From Candidatus Omnitrophota bacterium (GTDB taxonomy: Bacteria > Omnitrophota > Gorgyraeia > Zapsychrales > JANLHA01): a DNA stretch of 64,000 bases. The notes beneath the pieces were generated by a model. It saw nothing but the letters and a program-made list of their open reading frames with translations. It had not been told where the DNA came from and did no database searches. A program made the position numbers and the translations under genes. The DNA lies in contig JAKQKX010000102.1 in the NCBI GenBank assembly GCA_029560465.1, positions 4,601-68,600 on the forward strand. Reading direction: 5' to 3'. Positions 48,167-59,072 of this stretch are shown piece after piece (within the stretch, counting starts at the first letter, position 1; every line of letters starts with the position of its first letter).

Positions 48167-48202
48167 TAAAATTCCGCGAAAGCGCATCGTCAACATCACG
48201 CT

Positions 48203-49285
48203 TCAGCGCAGCTTCTGACAGATCGCCTCCGCCATTTCCTGGGTGCCCACCGCGGAAGGATCGTCCCGCCGCAATTTCAAATCATATGTAACGGATTTCC
48301 CTTCCCGCAAAACATCTCGGACAGCCTGTTCCAGACGGTCTGCCTCCCGCGTTTTATTCATATAACGCAACATCATAACCGCGGACAAAATCGTGGCGGT
48401 CGGGTTGACCTTGTTTTTCCCGGCATACTTAGGCGCCGACCCATGAACCGGCTCAAAAAGGGCCGCATCTTCACCGATATTGGCTCCCGGGGCAATGCCC
48501 AGCCCGCCGACCAAACCAGCGCATAAATCAGAAATAATATCCCCATACAGATTGGGAAGGACAAGCACATCATACAGCTCCGGCTTCTGAACCAGCTGCA
48601 TGCACATATTATCCACGATCACATCCTCGAATTCGACTTTCCCCTCATAATCTTTGGCGACATCCCGGGCGACTTGCAAAAAAAGCCCATCAGTGTATTT
48701 CATAATATTCGCTTTATGGACAGCGCTGACTTTTTTTCGATTGTTCTTCACGGCGTAATCAAAAGCGGATTTAACAATCCGCCGGGAACATGTGATGGAA
48801 ATCGGTTTTATGGAAATCGCGGAATCCGCCCGGATGGGTTTAGGCTGCATCCGGTTGATTTCCTCAATCAAATGCGCCACGTCCTGACCACCCTGTTCAA
48901 ATTCGATTCCCGCGTATAAGTCCTCGGTGTTTTCTCTGAATATGACCAGATCCACCTTCTGGTTCACCGCTTTTGTTCCTTCATAATATCTTGCCGGCCG
49001 GACGCAGGCAAATAAATCCAGGACCTGGCGTAAATGAACATTCACAGAACGGAATCCCGCGCCCACCGGCGTCACAATCGGCCCCTTAATCGCGATTTTA
49101 TTCCGGCGGACAGACTCAATCGCCGCCTCGGGCAAAGGCGTGCCAAACCGCTGAATCGCATATTCCCCGACCGGGTGTTCTTCCCATTCTATTTCTGCTC
49201 CGGAGGCATCAACACATTTTTTCATAGCCAAGGATACTTCCGGGCCGATCCCGTCCCCCGGCAATAACGTAACGCGAATAGACAT
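48203..49285 (-). CDS. icd: Isocitrate/isopropylmalate dehydrogenase family protein, probably NAD-dependent IDH
   Basis: GDGIGPE, FRSVNV.LR, RENTEDLY, HKANIMK, NLYGDIISD and EPVHGSAP. Confidence 0.88.
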   Translation of the reverse strand: MSIRVTLLPGDGIGPEVSLAMKKCVDASGAEIEWEEHPVGEYAIQRFGTPLPEAAIESVRRNKIAIKGPIVTPVGAGFRSVNVHLRQVLDLFACVRPARYYEGTKAVNQKVDLVIFRENTEDLYAGIEFEQGGQDVAHLIEEINRMQPKPIRADSAISIKPISITCSRRIVKSAFDYAVKNNRKKVSAVHKANIMKYTDGLFLQVARDVAKDYEGKVEFEDVIVDNMCMQLVQKPELYDVLVLPNLYGDIISDLCAGLVGGLGIAPGANIGEDAALFEPVHGSAPKYAGKNKVNPTATILSAVMMLRYMNKTREADRLEQAVRDVLREGKSVTYDLKLRRDDPSAVGTQEMAEAICQKLR

Positions 49286-49302
49286 AAAACCAAAACCCCT
49301 CT

Positions 49303-50364
49303 TTATATAGATTTATCCAACAACTGGGCGAATTCTTCCTTATTCTTGACATAAACCATAGCGGTTTCATACGTGATCACCCCATCCTGATACAGCCTCT
49401 GCAGGGATTTGTCCATGGTGTGCATCCCGTAAGCGCTCCCCGTTTGAATGGCCGTGGGAAGCTGCTCAATCGCCTGTTCCCGGATCAGGTTCCGCACGCC
49501 CGGGGTCGCGATCATAATTTCCGTGGCCAAAACCCGCCCCTGCCCGTCCGCTTTCGGCAACAGGATTTGGGAAGCCACCCCCTGCAGGGCGGAAGACAGC
49601 TGCAGTTTGACCTGCTGCTGCTGGTGCGGAGGAAAGGCGTCAATAATACGTTCTATCGTCTGTGGCGCGTCCGGGGTGTGCAGGGTCGCCAAAACCAAAT
49701 GCCCCGTTTCAGCCGCCGTCAAAGCCGTCGAGATTGTCTCAAGATCGCGCATTTCCCCGACAACAATCACATCGGGGTCTTGGCGGAGGCACCGCTTCAG
49801 AGCTTCGGCGAAACTGTTGGTGTCCCGATAAACTTCCCGCTGTTTAATAATCGATTTCTTGTTAAAATGCACATATTCAATAGGGTCCTCGATCATAATC
49901 ACGAGGTTTTCCCGTTCCTCATTGATCAGGTTGATCATCGAGGCCAGTGTGGTCGTTTTTCCAGTTCCTGTCGGACCTGTGATCAAGACCAAACCGTTTG
50001 GCCTCCGGGCCAGGTCAACAATAACGGGCGGCAACCCAAGCTCCTCCATATTGGGAATAAAAATAGGGATCCGCCGGAACGCCGCTTCAGCTGCACCGCG
50101 CTGCAAATGGACGTTAACACGAAAACGGTCCATCCCGGAAAGTGCCAGGGAAAAATCCAGCTCCCTGTCGCGCTCAAAAATTTCTTTCTGGCTGTCCGTC
50201 AGGATGCTGTAAATCATCTTTTTGAGCTCGTCCCGGGACAAAGGGTTTTTGTTCGTCAACACCAATTTGCCGTCAATCCTTAACACAGGCGGCGTATCAT
50301 ACGTCAAGTGCAGGTCAGAAGCCCTCTTTTCTATTGTCAAAAGAAGAAGATCCCTTAACTCCAT
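49303..50364 (-). CDS. pilT: Type IV pilus retraction ATPase
   Basis: ASDLH, GPTGTGKTT, EDPIE, LRQDPD, GEMRD, TGHLVLATLH and VRNLIRE. Confidence 0.95.
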   Translation of the reverse strand: MELRDLLLLTIEKRASDLHLTYDTPPVLRIDGKLVLTNKNPLSRDELKKMIYSILTDSQKEIFERDRELDFSLALSGMDRFRVNVHLQRGAAEAAFRRIPIFIPNMEELGLPPVIVDLARRPNGLVLITGPTGTGKTTTLASMINLINEERENLVIMIEDPIEYVHFNKKSIIKQREVYRDTNSFAEALKRCLRQDPDVIVVGEMRDLETISTALTAAETGHLVLATLHTPDAPQTIERIIDAFPPHQQQQVKLQLSSALQGVASQILLPKADGQGRVLATEIMIATPGVRNLIREQAIEQLPTAIQTGSAYGMHTMDKSLQRLYQDGVITYETAMVYVKNKEEFAQLLDKSI

Positions 50365-50443
50365 ATGAACTCCTTAGTTAAATTATTGAACCGATAGATT
50401 TGTGTCACGTCCGGTGCGGACAGGGCCAGGACAGAACAAAGGG

Positions 50444-51607
50444 TTAACGATTTTTGGCAATCCAGCCCGCGAGCCGTTTGACCCCTTCTTGAATTCTTTC
50501 TTTTGATGTGGAAAAACTCAAACGCATAAAACCAGGCGCCCCAAACCCGTCCCCGGGGATGAGCGCCACATTCACGTCGTTTAAAATACGCCGAGCCACG
50601 TCCTGAGAATCCCCTAAAGCAGAAAAATCACAAAAAAGGTAAAACGCACCTTCTGGTTTAATATACGTGATCCCGGGGATTTTATCCATCAAAGACATGA
50701 GCAGGTCCCGTCTTTGCTTAAATTCTTCCCGCATGGCAAGGATGCTCTCTTCCGAGGAACTCAACGCCTGCAAAGCCGCCTTTTGGCTGATTGAGGAGGG
50801 GTTCGACGTGGAATGGTCCTGAAATTTTTTCACATAATCCATGATTTCCTGAGGGCCCGCGCAATAACCGACGCGCCATCCCGTCATGGAAAAAGCCTTG
50901 GAGAAACCGTTCACCGTGATCGTCTTGGCATAGGCCTCCGGGCCTAGAGCGGCAATCGAAGGGCAGGTCGACGACTCGTAAATCAGTTTTTCATAAATTT
51001 CATCGCTGATAATCCAAATCCGGTTTTTCACGCATAATTCCGCAATCGGCCGCAACTCTTCAAGGCTATAAACCATGCCCGTGGGATTGGACGGAGAATT
51101 CAAGATAAGAATCTTGGTCTGTTTCGTTATATGCTGCTTGAGCATTGCGGCGTTAATTTTAAAATGGCTTTCAGCCGTCGTGGGGATAAAGCGGGAGGTC
51201 GCCCCAGAAACTTTCACCATCTCCGGGTAACTCACCCAGTAAGGGGACGGGATTAAAACTTCATCACCGTCGTCGGCAAGGACCTGAATCACATTATACA
51301 AGGAATGCTTCGCGCCACAAGACACCACGATCTGCTCCGGGGTGTATGCCAGGTTATTTTCACGCGCGAATTTCTTCGAAATTAACTGGCGAAGCTCCAA
51401 AGAGCCGACGCTGGGGGTATATTTCGTATAACCGTCCTCAATAGCCCGGATCGCCGCCTGTTTAATTTCAGGAGGCGTATCAAAATCCGGCTCTCCACCG
51501 GCGAAACTAACCACGTCTTGCCCCTGCGCGCACAGTTCCTTCGCGCGCGCCGTAATAGCCAAGGTGGAAGACCCCACCAGAGACTTAATCCTGCGATTGA
51601 TATCCAC
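50444..51607 (-). CDS. Class I PLP-dependent (aspartate) aminotransferase
   Basis: GEPDFDT, SPSNPTG, SDEIY and SKAFSMTGWRVG. Confidence 0.95.
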   Translation of the reverse strand: MDINRRIKSLVGSSTLAITARAKELCAQGQDVVSFAGGEPDFDTPPEIKQAAIRAIEDGYTKYTPSVGSLELRQLISKKFARENNLAYTPEQIVVSCGAKHSLYNVIQVLADDGDEVLIPSPYWVSYPEMVKVSGATSRFIPTTAESHFKINAAMLKQHITKQTKILILNSPSNPTGMVYSLEELRPIAELCVKNRIWIISDEIYEKLIYESSTCPSIAALGPEAYAKTITVNGFSKAFSMTGWRVGYCAGPQEIMDYVKKFQDHSTSNPSSISQKAALQALSSSEESILAMREEFKQRRDLLMSLMDKIPGITYIKPEGAFYLFCDFSALGDSQDVARRILNDVNVALIPGDGFGAPGFMRLSFSTSKERIQEGVKRLAGWIAKNR

Positions 51608-51630
51608 GACGGGAACCTCCCTCTTAAAAA

Positions 51631-52230
51631 TTATTCAGAGGTGCTTTTTCTTCTAAAAATTTTCTTTATGCCCCCCATGGCTCGCTTTTCCGGCGTGCTT
51701 TTATCCTTCTTTTCTTTCGGAACGGGCGCCTTGGACACTTTGGAGGATGAGGTTTTAGAAATATCCGGCTGTTTGCTTTCCGGACTTATTTCCGCAGGAG
51801 CAACACCAGGGCTGGCCGGTGTTTTCTTTTTGGCAACGGCCGCTTTCTTAGCCTTTTGGACCGGCGCCGGCTTTTTCTCGGTAAGCTCTAGCACGACCAT
51901 CTGGGCGTTATCACCCCGGCGGTTCAACGCTAAAGGAATGATGCGGGTATACCCGCCCTGGCGCATTTGAAAACGCGGGGCGATCTTGTTAAACAACTCA
52001 CTCACCAACTTATGATCACACAGAACAGCAAAAGCCTGGCGACGGTGCGCAAGGGTGCCTTTCTTGCCTAAGGTAATGAGCTGGTCGACCAATTTGCGTG
52101 ACTCTTTGGCCTTTGCCTTAGTTGTAAAAATTTTTTCCCGCAAAAGGGTTGCCTTGGCAATATCCCTTACCGTGGCTTTCCGCCAACTTGAATTTCGACC
52201 TAGCTTATTCCCTGCAATTCCGTGTCTCAT
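51631..52230 (-). CDS. rplQ: 50S ribosomal protein L17 with a long C-terminal extension
   Basis: MRH...KLGR, TT.AKAKE, GGYTRI and RRGDNA. Confidence 0.96.
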   Translation of the reverse strand: MRHGIAGNKLGRNSSWRKATVRDIAKATLLREKIFTTKAKAKESRKLVDQLITLGKKGTLAHRRQAFAVLCDHKLVSELFNKIAPRFQMRQGGYTRIIPLALNRRGDNAQMVVLELTEKKPAPVQKAKKAAVAKKKTPASPGVAPAEISPESKQPDISKTSSSKVSKAPVPKEKKDKSTPEKRAMGGIKKIFRRKSTSE

Positions 52231-52269
52231 AAAACATCTCTTCCTTTGTGTCGCTTCTTTACAGGAGCA

Positions 52270-53268
52270 TCAGGGCTCAATTGTCTTTTTTAGTTTCTTC
52301 AGATCAAGCTTCATCCCCAGATGCAACCCCATAATTTTCAGCAAATCATTGATCTCGGTTAACGATTTCTTCCCAAAATTCCTGAAGCTTAAAAGCTCCG
52401 ACTCTGTTTTCCGCACCAACTCGGCGATGGTCTTGATGTTGGCATCTTTCAGGCAGTTCGCACTCCGCACGGAAAGTTCCAATTCGGAAATCGGAAGCCG
52501 CAATTTTTCATACATGGCTTCTTCCTCTGCCGATATTTCCTCCTCTTCCTCTTCTTCTTCCGGAAGCTGACCATACGCGACAAAGACGTCGAGATGGCGC
52601 TGGAGGATGTTGGCCCCGTAAAGCAAAGCTTCCTTGGGTTCTATCCCGCCGTTAGTCCAGATTTCAAGGACCAACCGGTCATAATCCGTTCGCTGCCCGA
52701 CGCGGGTATTTTCCACGTAAAAATTCACTTTTGTGATGGGCGTAAAAATTGAGTCAACGGCGATGGCCCCGACCGTCAGCCCCTCATTTTTATGAACCTC
52801 GGCGGGAACGTATCCACGGCCTTTGCACACTTCCATCTCCATGTTAAACGGGATGTCCTGTGTGAGCGTTGCGATCTGATGAGTCGGGTTCATAATCTCT
52901 ACCGTTTCATCGGTGATAATATCCCGTGCCAGAATCGGCCCGACTTTATCTTTCTTAACATAAATTGTTTTGGGAACCTTAGAATGTGAACGAAGGACCA
53001 AAGCCTTAACATTCATAATAATATCCGTCACCGGCTCCAAAACCCCTTGCAGTGTAGAGAATTCATGCTGCACCCCTTCAATACGAATGGATGTCACCGC
53101 ACTGCCTTCAATGGAAGACAACAGGATTCTCCGCAGAGAATTACCTAAAGTTACCCCATAGCCCCGCTCAAAAGGTTCCGCAACAAAACGGCCGTAGCGC
53201 GTTGTATACGTTGATTCTTCACAGTCTAACCGTTTGGGCATCTGGAAATCTCGCCACTTGACTCCCAT
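52270..53268 (-). CDS. rpoA: RNA polymerase alpha subunit
   Basis: [27 protein letters not shown] and NFGKKSL. Confidence 0.98.
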   Translation of the reverse strand: MGVKWRDFQMPKRLDCEESTYTTRYGRFVAEPFERGYGVTLGNSLRRILLSSIEGSAVTSIRIEGVQHEFSTLQGVLEPVTDIIMNVKALVLRSHSKVPKTIYVKKDKVGPILARDIITDETVEIMNPTHQIATLTQDIPFNMEMEVCKGRGYVPAEVHKNEGLTVGAIAVDSIFTPITKVNFYVENTRVGQRTDYDRLVLEIWTNGGIEPKEALLYGANILQRHLDVFVAYGQLPEEEEEEEEISAEEEAMYEKLRLPISELELSVRSANCLKDANIKTIAELVRKTESELLSFRNFGKKSLTEINDLLKIMGLHLGMKLDLKKLKKTIEP

Positions 53269-53308
53269 AGTCTCCTCCTAAATTAAATATATGCTGCTTG
53301 AGAGAGTT

Positions 53309-53935
53309 TTATCTTGAATAAAGCTCGACAATCAACTGCTCGTTGACAGGATAGCCGACATCTTCTCTTTCCGGCAAACGCAATACTTTCCCTTTAAAAT
53401 GCTCCGGGTCACCCATCAACCATGCGGGGACAGTTCTGCTTTGCGAGGCCTCAAGATTTTCTTTGACTTTGTCTTTTCCCTTTTTATCAAATTTCAGGGA
53501 CACTTCGTCATTCTGTTTAATGAGATACGAAGGAACATTCACCCGATGATCGTTGACATAAACAAATCCATGGGAAACAAACTGCCGGGCCTGTTTCCGG
53601 GACAGCGCAAATCCGAGTTGATAGACAACGTTATCCAACCGGCGCTCCAGGAATTGCAGCAAAATGGACCCGGTTACCCCTTTCTTGCAGGCCGCTTTCC
53701 CAAAATAAAGGCGGAACTGTTTTTCCAAAAGACCATAGATCCTTTTGACCTTCTGTTTCTCGCGCAGCTGCAAACCGTAGTTAGACAATTTCGATCGCTT
53801 GGCGCCATGGTCTCCCGGAGCATATTCCCTGCGGTCAAAAGCGCAGCGATGAGTATTACACCGGGTCCCTTTGAGGAACAATTTTTCCCCTTCCCGCCTG
53901 CATTTCTTACAACTCGGCTCTAAATCTCTTGCCAT
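53309..53935 (-). CDS. rpsD: 30S ribosomal protein S4
   Basis: MAR, C..CRREG, QLREKQK, LERRLDN and EQLIVELYSR. Start trimmed. Confidence 0.98.
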   Translation of the reverse strand: MARDLEPSCKKCRREGEKLFLKGTRCNTHRCAFDRREYAPGDHGAKRSKLSNYGLQLREKQKVKRIYGLLEKQFRLYFGKAACKKGVTGSILLQFLERRLDNVVYQLGFALSRKQARQFVSHGFVYVNDHRVNVPSYLIKQNDEVSLKFDKKGKDKVKENLEASQSRTVPAWLMGDPEHFKGKVLRLPEREDVGYPVNEQLIVELYSR

Positions 53936-53984
53936 GCTACTCTCTTTCCTTTCTTTAATGTCCTTCTTCTCTAAAGCGGTGGCC

Positions 53985-54392
53985 CTAAACTCTTCTCTTC
54001 TTGCGTGGCCGGCACCCATTGTGCGGCATAGGGGTCACATCCCGGATCGACATAACATTCAGCCCCGCAGCCTGAACAGCCCGGATCGCCGACTCACGTC
54101 CGGAACCTGGCCCCTTCACATAAATATCGACACTGTTCAATCCCAATTCTTTCGCTTCCTTCGCAGCCGAACCAGCCGCGACCTGAGCGGCAAAAGGGGT
54201 GGATTTTTTGGACCCACTGAATCCAACCGCCCCTGGGCTAGACCAAGAGATCGCATTCCCCTGCTTATCTGTGATCGTAATAAGCGTGTTGTTAAAGGTC
54301 GCCTTGATATGCACAATTCCGACGGTGACGCCTTTAAGCATCTTCTTTTTTAATTTCTTTTCTTTCCTGACTGAAACCTTGCCTTTTGCCAT
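53985..54392 (-). CDS. rpsK: 30S ribosomal protein S11
   Basis: ATFNNT, STPFAAQ, GPGSGRE and PHNGCRP. Confidence 0.98.
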   Translation of the reverse strand: MAKGKVSVRKEKKLKKKMLKGVTVGIVHIKATFNNTLITITDKQGNAISWSSPGAVGFSGSKKSTPFAAQVAAGSAAKEAKELGLNSVDIYVKGPGSGRESAIRAVQAAGLNVMSIRDVTPMPHNGCRPRKKRRV

Positions 54393-54422
54393 ATCATATC
54401 CTCAAATGTATTACACCTGTTA

Positions 54423-54788
54423 TTACTTCTTGCCGCCGACAACCCCCTTACGGCCTTTTCGGGTACGGGCGTTCGTTTTTGTCCTCTGCCCACGGGCCGG
54501 AAGGCCTTTGCGATGACGAAGCCCCCGGTACGACCCCATATCCATATGACGACGGATATTCTGCGTCACATCCCGCCGCAGATCACCTTCAACGAGGAAA
54601 TTATTCTGGATCACGCTTGTCAAACGGGCGATTTCCTCATCAGAGAGATCTTTGGCCCGGCGACCATATTCGATATTCGCCTCATCCAACGCTTTGCGGG
54701 CTGTCGTTGGACCGATCCCATACAGAAAAGGCAACGCCGCATCGATTCTTTTTTCTCTGGGTATGTCCACACCTAATATTCTTGGCAT
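54423..54788 (-). CDS. rpsM: 30S ribosomal protein S13
   Basis: RILGVDIP and YRGLRH..GLP.RGQRTKTNARTRKG. Confidence 0.98.
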   Translation of the reverse strand: MPRILGVDIPREKRIDAALPFLYGIGPTTARKALDEANIEYGRRAKDLSDEEIARLTSVIQNNFLVEGDLRRDVTQNIRRHMDMGSYRGLRHRKGLPARGQRTKTNARTRKGRKGVVGGKK

Positions 54789-54842
54789 ATTCCGTTCCTC
54801 AAACGATTGATTATATTAAAAACCAGGCCCTGCCGAATTCTG

Positions 54843-54956
54843 TTACCCTTGTCTTTGCTTATGTTTCGGATTAGAACAAATAACCCTTACGACATTTTTG
54901 CGCCGCACAATTTTACAATTACTACAAATTCTTCTTACTGATGATTTTACTTTCAT
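54843..54956 (-). CDS. rpmJ: 50S ribosomal protein L36, Zn-binding form (absent from the ORF track)
   Basis: Translated by hand as [37 protein letters not shown]; TAATG overlap with infA. Confidence 0.97.
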   Translation of the reverse strand: MKVKSSVRRICSNCKIVRRKNVVRVICSNPKHKQRQG

Positions 54957-55174
54957 TATTTGCACCTATAAGTAATTCTGCCCCGTGTCAAATCATAGGG
55001 CGAGAGTTCCAGCTTCACCCGATCTCCGGGGAGGATCCGAATAAAATGCATCCGAATTTTTCCAGAGATATGCGCCTTGACTTCATGACCGTTATCCAGT
55101 TTAACCCGGAAAAGCGCATTGGGCAACGCTTCCATGATAACCCCTTCAACTTCAATTAAATCTTCCTTGGCCAT
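54956..55174 (-). CDS. infA: Translation initiation factor IF-1
   Basis: MAKED.IEVEG, HISGK.R and [10 protein letters not shown]. Confidence 0.98.
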   Translation of the reverse strand: MAKEDLIEVEGVIMEALPNALFRVKLDNGHEVKAHISGKIRMHFIRILPGDRVKLELSPYDLTRGRITYRCK

Positions 55175-55184
55175 ATACGTTTCT

Positions 55185-55946
55185 CTAACAGGACGTCAAA
55201 ATCCGAGGCCCTTCTTTTGTCACCGCGATCGTATGTTCAAAATGCGCGGAAGGTTTGCCATCCAGTGTTTCCACCGTCCATCCGTCATCTAAAATTTTTG
55301 TCTGCCACGACCCCAAGTTCACCATCGGCTCGATGGCTAAAACCATACCCTCTTCCAAGACCGGGCCTTGATGCGGAGGGCCGAAATTCGGGATTTCCGG
55401 CTCCTCATGCAGATTCCGCCCGATGCCATGACCGACAAAATCACGCACGACTGAATAACCTTTGGCCTCAACAAAATTTTGAATCGCGTTTGATATGTCC
55501 GAAAGGTGATTATCCACTCGGGCCTGGGTAATGCCAACTTGAAGAGCCAACTCGGTCACCTGCAACAAATCGTTCAATTCCTTGGAGAGGGATCCCACAC
55601 CAACCGTAACCGCCGTATCAGAAAAAAACTCATTATGTATAATCCCGATATCCACGCTCACGATATCACCATCCCTGATCACTTTCGGCCCCGGGATGCC
55701 ATGAACGACTTCTTGATTAATCGAAACACACGCACAACTGGGATATCCGCGGTATCCTTTGAAGGCCGGGATAACGTTTCTTTCCGCGATCAGCCCTTCG
55801 CAAAGGGCATCCACATCCGCAGTTGTCATTCCAGATTTTAAAGAACAAATTAAATCCTTAACAATCCCCGCCAAAAGCCTCCCCGCCTCGGCACAAGCTT
55901 CAACCTCTGCGGGTGACTTGATTTTGATCTGATGTTTTTGACTCAT
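55185..55946 (-). CDS. map: Methionine aminopeptidase type I
   Basis: VVHGIP, GHGIG..LHEEP, AIEPM and SAHFEHT. Confidence 0.97.
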   Translation of the reverse strand: MSQKHQIKIKSPAEVEACAEAGRLLAGIVKDLICSLKSGMTTADVDALCEGLIAERNVIPAFKGYRGYPSCACVSINQEVVHGIPGPKVIRDGDIVSVDIGIIHNEFFSDTAVTVGVGSLSKELNDLLQVTELALQVGITQARVDNHLSDISNAIQNFVEAKGYSVVRDFVGHGIGRNLHEEPEIPNFGPPHQGPVLEEGMVLAIEPMVNLGSWQTKILDDGWTVETLDGKPSAHFEHTIAVTKEGPRILTSC

Positions 55947-56586
55947 TCAGAATATCGCTTAACTCATTTAACAATTCCGCCGTCTTTTTCTCGGCGTTAA
56001 ATGTGTGCAATTTATTTTGATTTAAATAATATTCCACAATCGGCTGGGTGCTTTCCTTATACACCTTCATGCGGTTGGTAATCGTCCCTTCATTGTCATC
56101 CGCACGCTGATATAATTCCCCTCCGCAACGATCGCACAGTCCTTCCTTTTTGGGGGGCATGTTCTCAGTATGATAAATCGCATTGCATGCCCGGCATAAG
56201 CGCCGTCCCGTGAGCCGTTGAACGATAACCGGAAGCCCCGCCTCCATATAAACAACCAAGTCAATCGGCTGCCGCATCCGGGCAAGGATACGGTCCAATG
56301 ATTCGGCTTGCGCAGTCGTCCGTGGAAATCCGTCCAGCAAATACCCGCACGCGGTCACGTCCTTCTGCCCTAAACGCTCCTCCATAATCTTGATAACCAA
56401 TTCATCCGGAACGAGCCCGCCACTCTCAACATAGGTTTTCACACGCCGCCCTAAGTCTGAACCGCTTTTCATCGCCTCGCGCAGTATATCACCGGTGGAA
56501 ATATGAACGAGCCCGAACGATTCCTTAATCATGCCGGCGAAAGTCCCTTTCCCGGCGCCGGGAGGCCCAAGCAACACCAAATTCAT
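55900..56586 (-). CDS. adk: Adenylate kinase
   Basis: GPPGAGKGT, STGD, LDGFPR and a Zn-binding LID (C..C...C..C). Confidence 0.97.
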   Translation of the reverse strand: MNLVLLGPPGAGKGTFAGMIKESFGLVHISTGDILREAMKSGSDLGRRVKTYVESGGLVPDELVIKIMEERLGQKDVTACGYLLDGFPRTTAQAESLDRILARMRQPIDLVVYMEAGLPVIVQRLTGRRLCRACNAIYHTENMPPKKEGLCDRCGGELYQRADDNEGTITNRMKVYKESTQPIVEYYLNQNKLHTFNAEKKTAELLNELSDILNESKTSDQNQVTRRG

Positions 56587-57923
56587 CGTCGCCCCCTTAA
56601 TTGCCCTGACTTCATAAAACCATCGTAATGACGCATCAATAAATGTGATTCAATCTGTTTCATCGTGTCCAGCATAACCCCAACCGTGATCAGGACGCCG
56701 GTTCCGCCAAAAAATGACGCCACGAGATACGGGACCCGGAAAGACGCCATGATGGCATCCGGCATGACCGCAATGGCGCAGATGAAAAATGCGCCGGCCA
56801 AAGTGATCCGTTCCAAAACGAACTCTAAATAATTCGCTGTCTGGACTCCCGGGCGGACCCCCGGGATAAACCCGCCGTGTTTCTTGAGATTTTCAGCGAC
56901 ATCAATCGGATTAAACACGATCGCGGTATAAAAATAGCAGAAGAAAATAATCAACAAGCCGTACAGCCCATAATAAAACACGTGCCCTCTTTGCAGAAAA
57001 GACGCGAAACTCTGAAACCCCTGTGAAGGTATGAAACTGGCCAATGTCGCCGGGAAAAGAATAATAGACTGGGCGAAAATGATCGCGATGATCCCGGATG
57101 TGTCCACCTTCAAAGGAAGATATGTGCTCTGCCCCCCATACACTTTCCGGCCAACAATCCGCCTGGCATATTGGACGGGGATTTTCCTCTGCGCCTGCGT
57201 AATCAGGGTAATCGCCACCACAACCGCCACCAAAAATATAATCATCATGAGCAGCGTCAACGGCTGCAATTGAGCGGCCCCCACGGTTTTGGCATTCATC
57301 AATAAAACCAAAGTTTGAATGGCCTGCGGCGCCGAAGAAACAATGCCTGCCGTAATAATCAACGATATCCCCTGCCCTATTCCGCGTTCCTGAATCTGCT
57401 CTCCGAGCCACATCAGCAACAGCGTCCCGCAGGTTAACGTCAAAACCGTTGAAATGCGGAAAGCCCAACCGGGATTATTGACAATCTTAACGTCGCCGAA
57501 CCCGTTTTCCATCCACAGCGCGATAAAAAAAGACTGCACCAGACACAACCCTAAAGTTCCATAGCGCGTATACTGGTTAATTTTATGATACCCAGCCTGT
57601 CCTTCCTTAGATAATTTTTCAAGGGCGGGAAGAACAGCCGTCAAAAGCTGCATAATGATTGAGCTGGAAATATACGGCATGATCCCAAGGGCGAACACAG
57701 TCATCTTGGCGATGGCGCCCCCGGAAAACATATTAATAATACCAAAGATTGAACCGGCATTGGAGGTGCTTAACTTCAGGAAATACTCCGTGAGCACAGC
57801 CCCGTTCACCCCCGGGGTTGGGATAAAGCAACCGACACGGTACAAAGCAATGATTCCCATCGTCATTAGGATTCTTTTTCTTAAGTCAGGGATTTTAAAA
57901 CAGTTGGCAAATCCGGATATCAT
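56583..57923 (-). CDS. secY: Preprotein translocase SecY
   Basis: FSGG, LGIMPYISSSII, IPGVRPG and GGTG.LI.V. Confidence 0.98.
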   Translation of the reverse strand: MISGFANCFKIPDLRKRILMTMGIIALYRVGCFIPTPGVNGAVLTEYFLKLSTSNAGSIFGIINMFSGGAIAKMTVFALGIMPYISSSIIMQLLTAVLPALEKLSKEGQAGYHKINQYTRYGTLGLCLVQSFFIALWMENGFGDVKIVNNPGWAFRISTVLTLTCGTLLLMWLGEQIQERGIGQGISLIITAGIVSSAPQAIQTLVLLMNAKTVGAAQLQPLTLLMMIIFLVAVVVAITLITQAQRKIPVQYARRIVGRKVYGGQSTYLPLKVDTSGIIAIIFAQSIILFPATLASFIPSQGFQSFASFLQRGHVFYYGLYGLLIIFFCYFYTAIVFNPIDVAENLKKHGGFIPGVRPGVQTANYLEFVLERITLAGAFFICAIAVMPDAIMASFRVPYLVASFFGGTGVLITVGVMLDTMKQIESHLLMRHYDGFMKSGQLRGRR

Positions 57924-57932
57924 AGGAACCGA

Positions 57933-58403
57933 TTACTTATACTTTTCTTTTAAAATGTTTTTATCAATAATTTTTATCTGCCCACCGGCGTTTTTGATGA
58001 TTTCTTCCGCCCGTTTCGAAAAACCATACGCTTCAATCTGAAATGCGTGCTTAATATCAGAGTTTCCGACCACCTTATAGGGTTTAAACATGTTTTTAAT
58101 GAACCCCTTTTCCTGCAAGGTCTCGGCATCAAGCTTCCCGCCGGAATTCAGGGCAGCCAGTTGCTTCAAGGAAACCAATTTGTACAAAACGGGCCGCCGG
58201 CTACGGAACCCCACTTTCGGAAGACGCCGGATAAGAGGCATCTGCCCGCCCTCTAATTGTTTCTGAATCCCCCGGCCGGACCGGGAGTTCTGCCCGGTTT
58301 GCCCACGGCAAGAAGTTTTCCCATGCCCGGAGCCATTACCACGGCCCACAATTTTACGCCTTTTTTTCGCCCCGTTCGCCGGTTTCAAATCATGAAGTTG
58401 CAT
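57933..58403 (-). CDS. rplO: 50S ribosomal protein L15
   Basis: GRG.GSGHGKT and [15 protein letters not shown]. Confidence 0.97.
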   Translation of the reverse strand: MQLHDLKPANGAKKRRKIVGRGNGSGHGKTSCRGQTGQNSRSGRGIQKQLEGGQMPLIRRLPKVGFRSRRPVLYKLVSLKQLAALNSGGKLDAETLQEKGFIKNMFKPYKVVGNSDIKHAFQIEAYGFSKRAEEIIKNAGGQIKIIDKNILKEKYK

Positions 58404-59034
58404 TAGTCTGTACCTGTTCCAATTCCTTATATTGTTTAAATTTCATGCGGGTAAGACCATCCATCGTAGCCTTAACGACATTTATCGGGTTATTGCTGCG
58501 GTGGCATTTTGTCAGGATATTATGGATACCAGCCCCTTCACACACCGCCCGGACCGGCCCAGCCGCGATAACCCCGGTACCGTCGGAAGCCGGCTTCAAT
58601 AAAACCTCCGCGCCGCCACAGACCCCTATAATCTCATGAGGAATGGTGGTTCCTTTCATGGGAATCTTCACCATGCTCTTTTTCGCGCGCATCAACGCCT
58701 TACGAATCGCGATCGCCACTTCCCCGGCCTTGGCCAAATTATACCCGACGTTCCCTTTCATATCACCGACAACGACCAACGCACTGAAGGACAATTTCTT
58801 GCCCCCTTTGGTCACCTTGGTCACACGCTTGATCGACAAGACTTTCTCCATAAAATCGGAAGGCTCGGCAACGAACTTTTTCTGGGATGCCCGCTCGCCT
58901 CCCCCTTGCCGGGAAGGGGAACGCTCTCTCCTCTTGCTAGGACCTCTCCCGCTAGAGTCTTTCGGGCTCTCGGGCCTGGAAGCAACAGGTTGTCCTTCGT
59001 GGTGTTCCTGCGGATTGTTATTTTCGTTATCCAT
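58390..59034 (-). CDS. rpsE: 30S ribosomal protein S5 with an N-terminal extension
   Basis: [17 protein letters not shown] and PA..GTGVIA. Confidence 0.97.
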   Translation of the reverse strand: MDNENNNPQEHHEGQPVASRPESPKDSSGRGPSKRRERSPSRQGGGERASQKKFVAEPSDFMEKVLSIKRVTKVTKGGKKLSFSALVVVGDMKGNVGYNLAKAGEVAIAIRKALMRAKKSMVKIPMKGTTIPHEIIGVCGGAEVLLKPASDGTGVIAAGPVRAVCEGAGIHNILTKCHRSNNPINVVKATMDGLTRMKFKQYKELEQVQTNATS

Positions 59035-59072
59035 AAATATCGCTCTCCCCAAATAAATTGTGTTTGGGCATG

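Noticed and set aside
52535-52565. Poly-Glu run in RpoA
   Set aside because: This is an ordinary acidic linker between the NTD and CTD.
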